Assembly: GCF_006345805.1 (NCBI RefSeq)
Contig: NC_043009.1
Span: 7,192,001-7,256,000, forward strand
DNA: 64,000 nucleotides
Direction: 5' to 3'
From: Octopus sinensis
Taxonomy: Eukaryota
Shown here: positions 12,590 to 26,446 of the stretch, in pieces
How the letters are laid out: every line of letters starts with the position of its first letter
Numbering within the stretch: position 1 is the stretch's first letter
Made by a program: the position numbers and the translations under genes
The notes under the pieces: generated by a model
The model's input: only the letters and a program-made list of their open reading frames with translations
What the model was told of the DNA's origin: nothing
Database searches by the model: none

Positions 12590-12755
12590 TTATTGCTATG
12601 CCGGCCACTACGTTCTGAATTCAAATTCCGCCGAGGCCGATTTTGCCTTTCGTCCTTTCGGGGTGGATAATTTAAGTACCAGTTACGCCCTGGGATCAAT
12701 ATAATCGACTAGTCCCCTTCGTTAAAAGTTTTCAAGGCCTTGTGCCTAGAGTAAA
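12590..12755 (+). mobile_element. SINE-A (short tail)
   Basis: cgttctgaattcaaattccgccgaggccgattttgcc...ggccttgtgcctagagtaaaa. Confidence 0.8.
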
Positions 12756-13116
12756 AATAATTATTGCATTGATGACAACACACAGCTCACAAGAACCTTC
12801 GTCGCCTAGCAAGTGATAAGTACAGAAACACTTCACAGTTCTGAATTTCGTGCCTATTCACTGAGGTAGCATATATAATATTATGGCTACAACAAACAAT
12901 ACTTAGGTTCTTGTTCCTATATTGAAGAGTGGAAAACTTCTAAATTTACAGCAGGAAAACCGTTCACATTATATAATTACTGCGCAAACGTTGTTGCAGT
13001 AATATAATTTTTAATTTTTCAATTAAAAATATTTAATAACTTCTTTTAGAATTCAGTAAAATTTTTTATGGTAGCACGGAATATATTTAGTTACTACACC
13101 AATATGATTATAAAAA

Positions 13117-13119
13117 TCA

Positions 13120-13151
<32 letters not shown>

Positions 13152-13273
13152 AAGATAGATATATATAAATATAGATAGATATAGATATAGCTATATACCA
13201 TATATATATATATTATATATATAAAGATATATATATATATAATATAGATAGATATAGATATAGCTATATACCA

Positions 13274-13354
<81 letters not shown>

Positions 13355-13457
13355 CTGAGTATGTGCATGTATATATATACATATATATATATATGTATAT
13401 ATATGTATGTATGTATACATATATAAATATATATATACACTTATATATATATATACA
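13117..13457. repeat. (TA)n-rich microsatellite with an internal duplicated block of about 70 bp
   Basis: tagatagatatagatatagctatatacca occurs twice. Confidence 0.9.
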
Positions 13458-13807
13458 TTCGAGTAGATCCGTATGTAATAGTGATCATGTATTGTGAGCT
13501 TCTTAAATAGAAAAGAAAACGGTGAAAGAAACGAAAATGTTGAAAAGAAAATGTAAGATAAAGGACATACAAGTTCTATAGATATTCCATCTCGCTCTTA
13601 CGATGTCTGCGGAGTTTTTCTATAGGTACGTCTTAATTTGTTAACGAAACGAGATCCCCCCAACCTATAGAATTAAATTAATTATAAATTACAAGCTTTT
13701 TAAAGAAAATATATCAGATTCTAAATGGAAATGAAAATACTTATGAAAAGGAAACGTATGGAATGTCACAATTCTACGTTACGTCTTCTGGAATCGTAAC
13801 AGGCTTT

Positions 13808-14191
13808 GACATTAAAGATTTCATGCTGGAACAACGCTTTCACTCGAGCAAATCGACCCCAGGACTTATTATTTGTAAGCCTAGTACTTATTCTATCGGT
13901 CATTTTTGCTGAACCGCTAAGTTACTGGGACGTAAACACACCAGAATCGGTTGTCAGGCGATGTTGGGGGAACAAATACAGACACACAAACACACCCACC
14001 CACAAATATATATATATATATATATATATACATACATAAATATATACGAATGGCTTCTTTCAGTTTCCGTCTACCAAATCCACTTTCATGGCTTTGGTCG
14101 GTCCGAGGCTATAGTAGAAGACACTTGACCAAGGTGCCACGCAGTGTGAATGAACCCGGAACCATGTGGTTGGTACCCACTCCTGCGCCTA
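13808..14191 (-). mobile_element. tRNA-derived SINE-B with internal microsatellite
   Basis: Reverse complement head aggcgcaggagtggg...ccgggttcattcac..., then ccttggtcaagtgtcttctactatagcc, a central (TA)/(TG) tract, and the ttagcggttcagc...gctccagcatg tail. Confidence 0.88.
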
Positions 14192-14774
14192 TTATAATTA
14201 ATATTTCAATATGTTGTTTAGAAAATCCGTGATTTTTCATGATGCAATGGACCCAGAATGCTTTTCATTTTGTATAATTTGATACTTTATATAAATATCG
14301 CCTTTGGCGTATGATATATCGTTAATTTTTCAATAATCATTATTAATGATAAGTTTCTAGCCCGTTCCTTATTGTAATACTCTAAAACCATGCTTATAAT
14401 GTTGAAATCATTTTTTGAATTGGCTCTCGATTATATCAATATTATCAATGTCATTTTAATTATTGATTTGTGTGCGAGTGGCACATTTATAGTTTCGATG
14501 CCCATGCTAAGTTGCCTCTATTCCGATTTTGATTTTCGTGCTGTTTTTATAATTCCTATAAGTTACAATGTTGGTGAAGTCAGTGTATATGAAGTAGCTT
14601 ATTTTAACTGTATTCCTATCGAATACTTTCCTCAAAAATGTAAATATTTTCATACAACATGGAAAAATGTTTAACATAATTTTGTATTTGCATTCATGAA
14701 AAATGGGGAATTCTTCTGTATATAATAAGTTTTCAAATATATGTCGAATGTTTATAAATATAACTCCAAAACTA

Positions 14775-14972
14775 TCGGTTTCTTTTGTCGCACCGCTAAG
14801 TTAAAACACCGAAAGTAAAGCGGTGGTTGAAGACAAACACATACAGCTATAAACATATATACGATGAGTTTCTTTCAGTTTCTGTCAAACAAACCCATTC
14901 ACAAAGCGTTTGTCGGCCCAGGATTAAGTAGAAGTGGGAAACCATGTAGTTGAGAAGCAAACTTCTTACCAA
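14775..14972 (-). mobile_element. Diverged SINE-B
   Basis: caccgctaagtt...tttctttcagtttctgtc...accatgtagttgagaagcaaacttcttacca. Confidence 0.65.
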
Positions 14973-15589
14973 TTTCCGATATAGATTTTAATAGATGTTT
15001 GGGTGGAGAATATTATCGATGTAACAGTTAAGCGTTTCCGAAATATATTCCAAAGTACTAGTTATGAATATTTCAGAGTATGAGGAATGAAGGTAAGTTC
15101 CTTGACTAAATCTGCTTTTTTTTCCGAATAAAATGCATGGAACATAAAAATGAAAGTGAGTTTTGTCATAATGATCTCCTTGTACCGGAAGCTTTTATTT
15201 ATCCTGAGCCAAATTGGATTCTTTTTCGGACAGCTTTTAGTTCAAATCTGAATTCGCAGATTCTAAAAATTATACCTATTTTCATTTAAAACGTTGTACG
15301 CGAACATATTTATATTATGATAGGAATCTGGCGAAGCAATTCCTAAAGTGAAAATATACGATATCTGGAAGAATATCAAAACTCGCAATAGACATAGGCT
15401 GAAGACTTACCGCTCAGGCATGTGACGACGTTATTTGAGAGTAGCAAAATATTTGAAATGAAATACATCTCGTGTTTATAAGAGCAAATACTAAAGCGAG
15501 TTAACCTCTCGCCCTTAGGTGTATTTGGTTGTTATTTTAAGACGGATACTAAATTGTTTGGCCTATCAACACTGTATATATATTAAGTA

Positions 15590-16065
<476 letters not shown>

Positions 16066-16569
16066 TGTGTATTTGTGTGCTTCTGTGCTTGCACACACAC
16101 ACGCACTCACATGCTTTCAATTCACACACGGCCCGCTATACTTATGGGTTATGCGAATATCTCGTTTTCTTTGCCAATTCCTTTATCAAATATTCACCTT
16201 ACTTACATTGCTTTGTTTCATTTCAACACAACAACAACAACAAAAAACAAAACAAAGGAAACGCATAAAGGAAAACGAAAAGAAATAAAAAAAACAATAA
16301 GTATAACAACAACAGCAAAAATACACCAAACAAACGAAAAACAACCAAAGGTACAAACAAATAACAAATAAAAATAATAAAAACCAAAGAATAGCAAGAA
16401 CCATATGTTATCCAGCATGAACGTTTTGAAAAGTTGTCAAGAATAATTCTACTTCAGCGCTTCTTTTCATTATAATATTATATCTACGTGGACAATGTCT
16501 TTATTTTTTTTCTATCATTTATCTATGTGTATTTGTGTTTATATTTTCGTATTTCTTCTTGTGTAGCCG

Positions 16570-16758
16570 TGTATATGTATATATATATATATTATATATA
16601 TATATATAACATATATATATATATATACATATATAAACATATATATATATACATACATATATATATATATACATATATACACATATATACATATATATAT
16701 ATACATATATATATATACATATATATATACATATATATATATATACATATATACATAT

Positions 16759-16796
<38 letters not shown>

Positions 16797-16880
16797 ATAC
16801 ATATATATACATATATACACATATATACATATACATATATATATATATACATATATATATATACATATATATATATATAC

Positions 16881-16936
<56 letters not shown>

Positions 16937-16990
16937 TATACATATATGTGTGTGTGTGTGTGTGTATGTGTTTGTGTATACGGGAATACA
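16570..16990. repeat. (TA)/(TACA)/(TG) microsatellite
   Basis: Directly visible. Confidence 0.95.
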
Positions 16991-17210
16991 TGTATATATG
17001 TATGAATACGTGAGTCTCTCTGCGTTTGTGTCTGTGTGTTTCAAGACGTTGCTTTTAACGTCGACGAAGTACTTTCTGTTTTGAAGAGCACAGCATTAGA
17101 CAGTATACCAAAACATGTTGTCAATGGGAGAACGATGGGAAAATGAAGAATTTACTGTGCTAAAAGGGTGCAGCAATTGTCTGTTGTCCTTTTTCGTTTC
17201 TTTCGAGTTG

Positions 17211-17256
<46 letters not shown>

Positions 17257-17369
17257 TCTTTTTACCTATCTATTTATCTATCTACCTCGTCCTCACTCTC
17301 TCCCTGTTTCTCTTCACCTAGTTTTCTATACACTCTTTGCTCTTATGGTAACGATTACTCTTGTCATGA

Positions 17370-17529
17370 TGATTATCCTCATCATCATCATCATCATCAT
17401 CATCATCAATATCGTCGGTGTCGTCATTATTACTATTTTTTTTGTTATTGTTACTGTCGTTGTTGTCATTACCATCGGCAACATCATTTATCATTATTGT
17501 TGTTATATTGTCATTATTATTATTATCAA

Positions 17530-17599
<70 letters not shown>

Positions 17600-17609
17600 G
17601 TTGTTATTA

Positions 17610-17649
<40 letters not shown>

Positions 17650-17673
17650 TGCTGCTTCTACTACTACTACTAT

Positions 17674-17720
<47 letters not shown>

Positions 17721-17988
17721 TTATTGAATAGTGGCATTATCAGTAGTGTTAGTATAAGGAACATCAGCAGCAGCAACCTATACAGCAGCAGCAGCAGCAG
17801 TAGTACTACTACTAGTAGTAGTAGTAGTAGTAGTAGTAGCAGTAGTAGCAGTAGTAGTAGGTGTATTAGTAGCTGTAGTAGTAGTAGTAGTAGTTGTAGT
17901 AGTAGCTGTAGTAGTAGATGTAGTAGTAGCAGTAGCTTTAGTAGTAGTAGCAGCAGCAGTAGCTGTAGTAGTTGTATTAGTAGTAGCT

Positions 17989-18034
<46 letters not shown>

Positions 18035-18079
18035 GGGTGGTAGTGGCAGCAGCAGTAGTAACTGTAGTAGTAGTAGTAA

Positions 18080-18130
<51 letters not shown>

Positions 18131-18165
18131 CAGCAGCAGCTGCAGTAGTAATAGTTGTAGTAATT
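17370..18165. repeat. About 0.8-kb compound trinucleotide tract (ATC>ATT>ACT>AGT/AGC)
   Basis: Directly visible; bracketed by (TC)n tracts at about 17215-17252 and 18220-18285. Confidence 0.97.
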
Positions 18166-18218
18166 CCTTTTTTATTTTAACGTGTTTCTGTTGTTTTGTT
18201 GTCATCTGCCAAATTCAT

Positions 18219-18289
<71 letters not shown>

Positions 18290-18469
18290 TATTTTTTGAA
18301 AAATGGGGAAAAAGCTGGTAAAATATAGAGAGAACTAATAATTCTTATAAAATATGCCATCTTTGCCAAATTTTTACAACATTTTTTTTTCTTTGTTTTC
18401 CTTTTAAAAAATCATCGTTCGATAGAATTGAAATGGAAGTAAATGGCTTTGAACAAGAGCAGATCCAAA

Positions 18470-18603
18470 CATAACAACACCACCACCAACAACAACAACA
18501 ACAATAGCAAGTACAACAACAAAACCAACAGTAAGAGTAACCTTAACATCCGTAACATCAACAACAACAACACTATTTACGACATGAACAGCAAATAATA
18601 ATG

Positions 18604-18636
<33 letters not shown>

Positions 18637-18657
18637 TTAATAATAATAACAATAATG

Positions 18658-18729
<72 letters not shown>

Positions 18730-18775
18730 TAATGGTGATAGCAACAACAGCACAGCAAAAGCAATTTTAGCAACA
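18470..18775. repeat. (AAC)n/(AAT)n tract
   Basis: Directly visible. Confidence 0.95.
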
Positions 18776-19633
18776 AGGATGACGAAACAACGTCCCCGAA
18801 AATAAGATATTATAACACGATTAGCTGTGTCATGTTAAATGATTACAAAAGTTCTATGCGTCTTTTTCATTATAAATCATTCTGGAGAGAAAATTCAAAA
18901 ATGCGTAGTTTCAAGTATCCGTTTATCCAGAGTACTGTACCACTTTTAAGATTTTAAAAGCTCTTGCCGTTAGGGGGAAAAGAAAAAAAGAACGATTATG
19001 CTCTACCTCAGAATGCGCACTAAGAAATTTACTCTTTACCATATTTAATTGTTTGCTTGTTACAATGTTACCGAATATGGACAGTTTTTCTCCATCCCTG
19101 TCCATTAAGCTATATTTTGTTACGTCTATTTATATATTATTTTATATGCATTCGTTTTCTCTTCCTTACGCTTTTTTTAAGAGGCATGTGATACGCTAAG
19201 TTGATGTCATGCAAAAGGTTCACATGAAATATAAAGTGAATAAAATAACACATTTTTCCCCCTTCCAAAACAGATGGGGGTTGATAGAAGAATTCTGCCC
19301 GGGGAAGCTGTATAAAAGTATTAATTCTCAGAAAGATTCTTCACGAAAATGTTGTAATTCTATATTCTTCTTCAAATCTATGGCACTGCTTGACCTAAAC
19401 TTACCTCCCTTTAATGAAAGTAATTATCGTTAAAAATGTTTTATGAGATGGCTAATGTTACAGTAAAACAATTAGGGGTAGTTAATAGTGAAGGGTGCGA
19501 AATACAGCGGGGTAGGAGAAAGGGTTGGATACCGCGTTAAATGTTTTAGAGTGGTTTGCTACGTTCTCTTTAACTTGCGTTCAAATCTTACTCAGACAGG
19601 TTTCACCTATCAGTTCATTACTCTATTAACGAT

Positions 19634-19948
19634 GTAGAAGCACATGGCCTAGTGGTTAGAGCAGCGGAATCGCGATCGAGGGATCGCGGGTTCGAATCTC
19701 AGACCGGACGATGTGTGTGTTTATGAGCGAAACACCTAAGCTCCACGCTGCTCCGGCAGAAGGTAATGACGAAACTTCTGCTGACTCTTTCGCCACAATT
19801 TTCTCTCACTCTTTCCTCCTGCATCTTGCAGCTCACCTGCGACGGACCGGCGTCCCGTCCAGGTGGGGAACCTATACGCCAAGAAACCGGGAAACCGGCC
19901 CTTATGAGCCAGGCATGGCTCGAGAAGGAACAAACAAACAAAACAAAC
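19634..19948 (+). mobile_element. SINE-D, tail type i
   Basis: A/B boxes present. Flanks ctattaacgat / ctattaatgat form an 11-bp TSD. Confidence 0.88.
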
Positions 19949-20359
19949 CTATTAATGATGGCTAGCTAGCGGGCTGTTTAGCATGCCAGACAAAATGCCT
20001 AGCGACATTTTTTCTGGATTGATGTTTGGCATTCAAACTTCGCTGACGTCGGCTTTGCCTTTAGTCTTGCTCATATCTGGGGAAAATATGAACTAGTCAA
20101 GTACGGGAGTCGTTGTAAGCAATTAGTGCTGCCCCAATAATTTCAGACCGTGTGCCTCTGCCTTTTTATCTTTCACTTCTTTCAGTAAATAGACGGCAGC
20201 TATGCTGGGGAACGATCTTCAAGAATTTTCAGTCGAATGAATCGATCCCAGTAATTTTCTTTAAGCCTGGCGTTTATTCTATCGATCACTTACACCGAAC
20301 CGTTATATCACGCGAGCGAAAACACACCAACATGGGTAGAGGACAAACATAGACCCAAA

Positions 20360-20405
20360 TACAGACACATACACACACACACAGAGAGACACACGCACAC
20401 ACACA

Positions 20406-20452
<47 letters not shown>

Positions 20453-20665
20453 TTGTATATGTATGTATGTGTTTCTATGTCTGTGTGTGTCTTTATATTT
20501 GCAACGGTCTCCTTTCAATATCACTCAACCAAATATACTCATAACGCGTTGCTCTGCACGGGATTATGGTAGAAGATACCTGCGCGAGGTGCCACACAGT
20601 GGGATTGAATCTGAAACCATGTGGTTGGGAAGCAAGCTTCTTACCACAGAGCCACGCCTCGGCCT
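20360..20665 (-). mobile_element. SINE-B 5' half with (CA)n
   Basis: gtagaagatacctgcgcgaggtgccacacagtgggattgaatc...aagcttcttaccacagagccacgcct. Confidence 0.75.
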
Positions 20666-21459
20666 GTAGTTGAAAGAGTTATATTGACATTTGCGTCAAT
20701 GTGTCGAAAAGTTACTAAGTTTGACATGAGCTGGCATTCATACACGAAAATATTAGAGAAGGACCGTATGCCAAAACGCCAGTGATTTCTTACAAGCGCA
20801 GGATCGGTGTTACCCTCATCGGGAGCTGATAAGTATTTATTTTATCGACCCTGGAGCGCTGATCGGAATGTGAAGTTGACTGAAGCGAGATATGAACCGA
20901 GAAAGTAAAGTAGCGTTTATATACACCAAAAGTATTTGTATTAAGCTTAGAATAAGCAAATCCTCTCAATCGCCCACATCTACACTGCTGCTTATTCTAT
21001 CAATCCAGTAATGACGGTAGGACAGGCGTCATTGGCTGTGGTGGAATATGAACTCAGAACGTAAGGAAACTAAGACGCCAAAATGCCTTTAATACGAGAT
21101 CAAGGCGATACGAAACCTGTCAATCGTCCTCATCCGTAGAGTAATACAGTGAATTTGCAACGATATGATGAAATTGTATCGAGAATGAGTTAACCTTTCA
21201 CTCATTAGTATATCGAATTTGCATCAATCAGCTATAACACATCACTTCAAATCATAGCTTTGTCTCCAGTAAAGCAAAATCAATACCAAAGTGAGTCCTA
21301 TCGTGACTCAGCTACAAGGATCGTCAGATCAATCAATGCCATGACGTCTTGTATATTTCCTATCCCAAAGAACAAAACAACGTCTATGAAATATAAAAAA
21401 CTTCCTGCATTAGTGAATATTCTAGTAATCCTCGCCAATCTCTACTTCCATCTCCATCT

Positions 21460-21515
21460 CCATATATATATTGGATATATATGGATATATATGGACATAT
21501 ATGGATATATATATG

Positions 21516-21604
<89 letters not shown>

Positions 21605-21743
21605 ATATATGGATATATATGATATATATATATATAATATATATATATATTATATATATATATATATATGGATATATATATATATATATATATACGTATG
21701 TATGCATGTATATATTTATGTATGTATGTATGCATATGTATAT
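21460..21743. repeat. (TA)n-rich microsatellite
   Basis: Directly visible. Confidence 0.95.
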
Positions 21744-21945
21744 GTAGAAATGCGTGGCTTAGTGGTTAGGGTGTCAACATCATGATCGTAAGATTGTGGT
21801 TTCGATTCCTGGACTGGGCGACGCGTTGATTTCCTGAGCAAAACACTTCCTTTCTCGTTGCTCCAGTCCACTCTGCTGGCAAAAATGAGTAACGCTGCGA
21901 TGGACTGGCGTCCCATCCAGCTTGAGAACACATACGCCATTTGCA
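21744..21945 (+). mobile_element. SINE-C, tail gcgatggactggcgtcccatccag
   Basis: tggcttagtgg ... gtttcgattcc boxes followed by the CORE-like block. Confidence 0.85.
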
Positions 21946-22429
21946 AAAAGCAAATGGTGTCAAAAATGCTCAGTTTTATCCAAGTGACATTCCATTTTAA
22001 TGATCTGAAAATACAAAAAAAATCAATAAAATTCAAAATTCAAAACACTATCTTGTAGAGCAAAAACTTATTTTTTAAATAACATAAACCATTTTGCCAT
22101 TTTTTAATTTGAAAAAAAAAGCTCATGAATTATTCCTCAACTCAATGAATGGAAAATGGAAAGACGATTCAAAGACCTAAGAAATAACAAAAGAGGCATT
22201 GAGAAATTGGTAGCTGATACTCATTTCGTTCATCTTCAATCAACCACGATACAAATTCTTATGAACGAATTATAGAAGGCGTGTTTATTATATATCGAGG
22301 GCCATTTCTACAAAGGGAAGATTTTTACTCAGAAGATGACTTACTCTGATCAAATCACTAAAATCTTCTGAAGAAACAAATTGACTTCTCTTAGAGATCG
22401 TTACAATTGTTTTGTATTGAAAATAAGGA

Positions 22430-22751
22430 GCGCTCCTTCGGTTCCGACGACAAGGGTCCTAGCTGATACGACCAACGGAACAGCTTGCTCGTGAAAGTAA
22501 TGTGCAAGTGGCTGAGCACTCTACAAACACGTGTACCATTAACGTAGTTCTCGGGGAGATTCAGCATGACATAGAGTGTGACCAGGCTGATCCTTTGAAA
22601 TACAGGTACTACTCATTTACGCCAGCTGAGTGGGCTGGAGCAACGTGAAATAAAGTGTCTTGCTCCAAGACACAACGTGTCGCCGGGAATTGAACTCACG
22701 ACCTTACGATCATGAGCATAATGCCCTAACCACTAAGCCACGCGCCTTCAC
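22430..22751 (-). mobile_element. Full-length SINE-C with long tail (CORE-SINE-like; possibly octopus OR1/OR2 type)
   Basis: Reverse complement gtgaaggcgcgtggcttagtgg...gagttcaattcc...gagcaagacactttatttcacgttgctccag...gctgttccgttgg...gaaccgaaggagcgc. The family name is from memory and unverified. Confidence 0.88.
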
Positions 22752-23380
22752 ATATTTAAAGTAAGCATTACAGACTATAAATATGCAAAATGGATATCTC
22801 TGCATAATTTCTAATAGGATACTTTCATTTCTTTTCCTCTACATCTGTAATTAGCACATAAATATTATATTCGATTCTGTATTTCATTTCAGCTATAATC
22901 ATATACATACATACATACATACATACCCATATATATATATTATTACATACATACATATATAGGTATGCATGTACTATGTATGTATATGCGTGTGTGTGTA
23001 TGTACACGCGCTTATATATTATATGCGTCGTTTCGTTTTGACGCACTATTATTTTGGCCCCTAGTTAATTATTACGGACTTCACACTGTCACTAGCATTT
23101 AACCTATGCTTCCGGCCTGAGGAGAAGTTCCTGCCAGCTGTCAGAGGCAATAACGGAGCAGGTGATAATATTCGATGTTGTGTGTCTGTAGGTTTAAATA
23201 TATAAGCGCAAATATTTTCTGGTTAAAATTCCACCTCTAGCGATTGAATGAATATTTGTCTGGGCATAAGAAAAACAAACACAAACATACGCACGAAATA
23301 TAATTCAGAATGCTGAATTATAGACAAACGAAGCGTCTACATAGGATTATGTCGTTACTTTTAGAATTTCGTTAAGTATA

Positions 23381-23544
23381 TAGGCGTAGGAGTGGGTGTG
23401 TGGTAAGTAGATTTCTTACGAACCACATGGCTCCGAGTTCAGTCCCACTGCGTGGCACCTTGGACAAGTGTCTTCTGCTATAGACTTGGGCCGACCAAAG
23501 CCTTGTAAGTGGATTTGGTAAACGGAAATTTAAAGAAGCCCGTC

Positions 23545-23620
<76 letters not shown>

Positions 23621-23872
23621 GTGTGTGTGTGTGTGTGCATGTGTGTGTATGTATGTGTATTTGTGCGTCTGTATTTGTCCCCCCAACGGTTGCTTGACAA
23701 CCGACGTTGTCGTTTTTACGTCCCCGTAACTTAGCGGTTCGGCAAAAGAGGACCGATAGAATAAGTACTAGGCTTACAAACAATAAGCCCTGGGGTAGAT
23801 TTGCCCGACTAAAGGCGGTGCTCCAGCATGGCCACAGTCAAAAGACTGAAACAAGTAAAAGAGTACAGGAGT
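23381..23872 (+). mobile_element. Full-length SINE-B with expanded internal (TA)n(TG)n
   Basis: Head taggcgtaggagtgggtgtgtggtaag...ccgagttcagtccc; tail gctccagcatggccacagtcaaaagactgaaacaagtaaaagag. Confidence 0.9.
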
Positions 23873-24275
23873 AAATGAATTAACCGACAAGTACGCATTA
23901 CACGCTGAAAGCTGGAGTGGATGAAAACTGAGGTGATTTCTATATTGTTGTATCGAGAGGTTACCAAAATCTTTTCAGTACTAACGCTGTACTAAAGAAA
24001 TCACAGTCAAACAGCCATCTAATTCCACTTTAATTATGCCAGGCATACTTTAGGAAAACTGAAGTTATTAATACACATGTATAGAAAGGGAGCACATTAT
24101 ATGCATACAAACATATATATATATATACAACTTTTTTATCTATCTATCGAACTATAATATCTTATAACAAGTTTACATCTAGAATATTGAAATTATAAAT
24201 AACAAGGCTTGCACACGCACATACACACAAACACGCACGCACACAAACTCATTCACACCTACTCATATATATATA

Positions 24276-24357
<82 letters not shown>

Positions 24358-24369
24358 ATATGTATATAT

Positions 24370-24570
24370 ATTGCGACCGCGTGTGTATCGTTGGTGATTT
24401 TTTTTTCCATCATCTTCTCTTCCTTGGATCTTTACTTTCTCTATGTTTCTAACGAAGAGCTCCGCTCGAAACGTTAAGTCCTCCTTCTTTCTTTCCTTTC
24501 CTGAACGTCCAATAATAGTATACTTGTTCCACGTCCTCGCGTTGTTGTGTTCTTATGTTTGCATTAACTA
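24370..24570 (+). mobile_element. Penelope-like pLTR repeat with hammerhead motif (core G5 mutated)
   Basis: gttt-CTAACGA-a-GAGC-tcc-GCTC-GAAA-CGTT. Same repeat at 28781-29002 and 59278-59530. Embedded in (TA)n. Confidence 0.75.
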
Positions 24571-24590
24571 TATATATATACATATATATG

Positions 24591-24681
<91 letters not shown>

Positions 24682-24707
24682 TATTTATATATATATATAT
24701 ATTTGTT

Positions 24708-24741
<34 letters not shown>

Positions 24742-24742
<1 letters not shown>

Positions 24743-26014
24743 TGGGTTACCGGAAAGTTCGTGCTGGTTTTTAAAGGAAGAAAAAGCTCAATAAATACAT
24801 GCCATTACATTTTTAATCAACCAAATATGAGCCATTTTGTTGGACAATGTGTCTCCATCTTTCCTTTAACTTGAAAATACCCACTTCCCAGAATTCAGGT
24901 GGTTTCATGGCAAAGAATTCATCAAGTTATCTTTTTACGTCATCCAAGAAATTAAAATTTTTACCATTAAGACCATTCTGCAGAGACCTAAATAAGTGGA
25001 AATCCGAAGGAGCAAGAACTGGTGAATATGGAGGCTGGGGTAACACAAGCCAGCCGAGTTGCAGCAAATTTTGTATGGTTCCCAAAGAAACGTGCGGTTT
25101 TGCTTATCATGTTGGAAAACAGCATCCTTCCTGTTGGCCAATTCTGGACGTTTCTCTTGAATTGCTGCTTTTAACTCGTCTAGTTGTGTGCGGTATTTCT
25201 CAGAATTAATTGTCTGGTTACTTGGGAGAAGCTCATGGTACAGAATTCCTTTCCAATCCCACCAGACACAAAGCAATACTTTTTTTAGTGTGAAATCCGC
25301 TTTTGGGGTGGCTAAGGGTGGGTCATGTCGCTTAATCCAGGATCTCTCTCTCTGAACATTTCAGTAGATAATCCATTTCTCATAACCTGTTACAATTTGC
25401 TTTAAAAAAGGCGCGTTGTCATTCCGTTTATAAAGCGAATCACAGATGGAAATGCGATCCAAAAGGTTCTTCTCACTCAACCCATGTGGTACCCAATCAT
25501 CGAAGCGATTTGTGTACCCAAGCTTTCCCGGGTGCTCATGAACGACGGATTTTGATAGGTTGAGGCTTTCTGCCAATTCTCGGGTTTTGCAATGTGGGCT
25601 ATTCTCAATTAGTGAGTTGATTCGGTTATCATCTGTATTGCATGGTCTGCCTGATCGTTCTTTGTCAATAAGGCTACAATCTCCAGCTCGGAACCATGCG
25701 AACCACTTCCGTACAGTTCTTTCAGATAAAGAAACATCACCGTAAACTGCGCATATTTGTTTGTTTGCTTGTAAGACATTTTTCCCTTTACGGAAAAAGA
25801 AAAGTATCTAGTGCCGAAAATGCACTTTCTATTTTTAAGGGTTACAGAATTAACACAGATTATAGGAACATAAACCTTCTTTCACGAAAATATAACTTAA
25901 ACTGTGCTCTAAATGCAGGTGTAGTCAAGTCCTATCTTATGGACTCAACCATGTTTTAAAATATGTCGACAGGTAAGTTACTATAATTCGGCACGAACTT
26001 TCCGGACAACACAA
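24742..26014 (-). mobile_element. Full-length degenerate mariner transposon (mellifera-like)
   Basis: TIRs ttgggttaccggaaagttcgtgc / gcacgaactttccggacaacacaa with TA on both sides; 1273 bp. Transposase motifs HFRH*ILFFFRKGKN...VYGD...WF..FRAGD...RSGRP, WVPHGL, IVTGYEKW, LCVWWDWKG, QHD, YSPVLAPSDFHLF. Multiple stops and frameshifts. Confidence 0.95.
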
Positions 26015-26446
26015 TATATATGTGCGATTCAACGAGGTGAAGAAAGTAGCACTCAACACATTTGTTTGGAGTTACATGTACTCGATAGTGATGTGAATCA
26101 ACTTACGGGATAAATATCTGATGATGTGGGTATGTTCTACGCTCACAAAGCTTTAATGATAGGTGAATCAAATTTGATCAATTTTGTACTATTATATATG
26201 TAAGTAAGTAAAACCCAAAATTGTATATGTGTACTCTCCGCAATTTTTTCCTTGCTCTTTAATTCTAAATCCAATCTTCTGACACGCCTGATTTTACGAA
26301 GCCATCGTTACCTCCCTTGTATTAACTAAGAGCTATATATATATATAAATTTATATAAATAAGGATATGATCGTTATTTGAAATACCGATCATATCAAGT
26401 GGCTAGCATGGGAATAAAAACCTCCAAAGGTAATAATTGTTATTAA

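Noticed and set aside
14995-15092. AG...GTAAGT-bounded exon candidate
   Set aside because: Stop codons in all three frames and no recognisable peptide; a non-coding exon cannot be excluded.
16488-17084. ORFs of 115-198 aa rich in Y and I
   Set aside because: (TA)n microsatellite artefacts.
17168-18299. Longest ORFs in the track (187-295 aa; poly-L/S/N/I)
   Set aside because: Trinucleotide repeats lacking stops; no non-repetitive coding content.
19209-19433. 74-aa ORF near a strong acceptor-like site (19273)
   Set aside because: No recognisable homology, no convincing donor pairing, and no codon signal I can support.
21744-21830. tRNA gene (also the other SINE heads)
   Set aside because: A/B boxes are present but there is no intact cloverleaf, and each continues into SINE core sequence.
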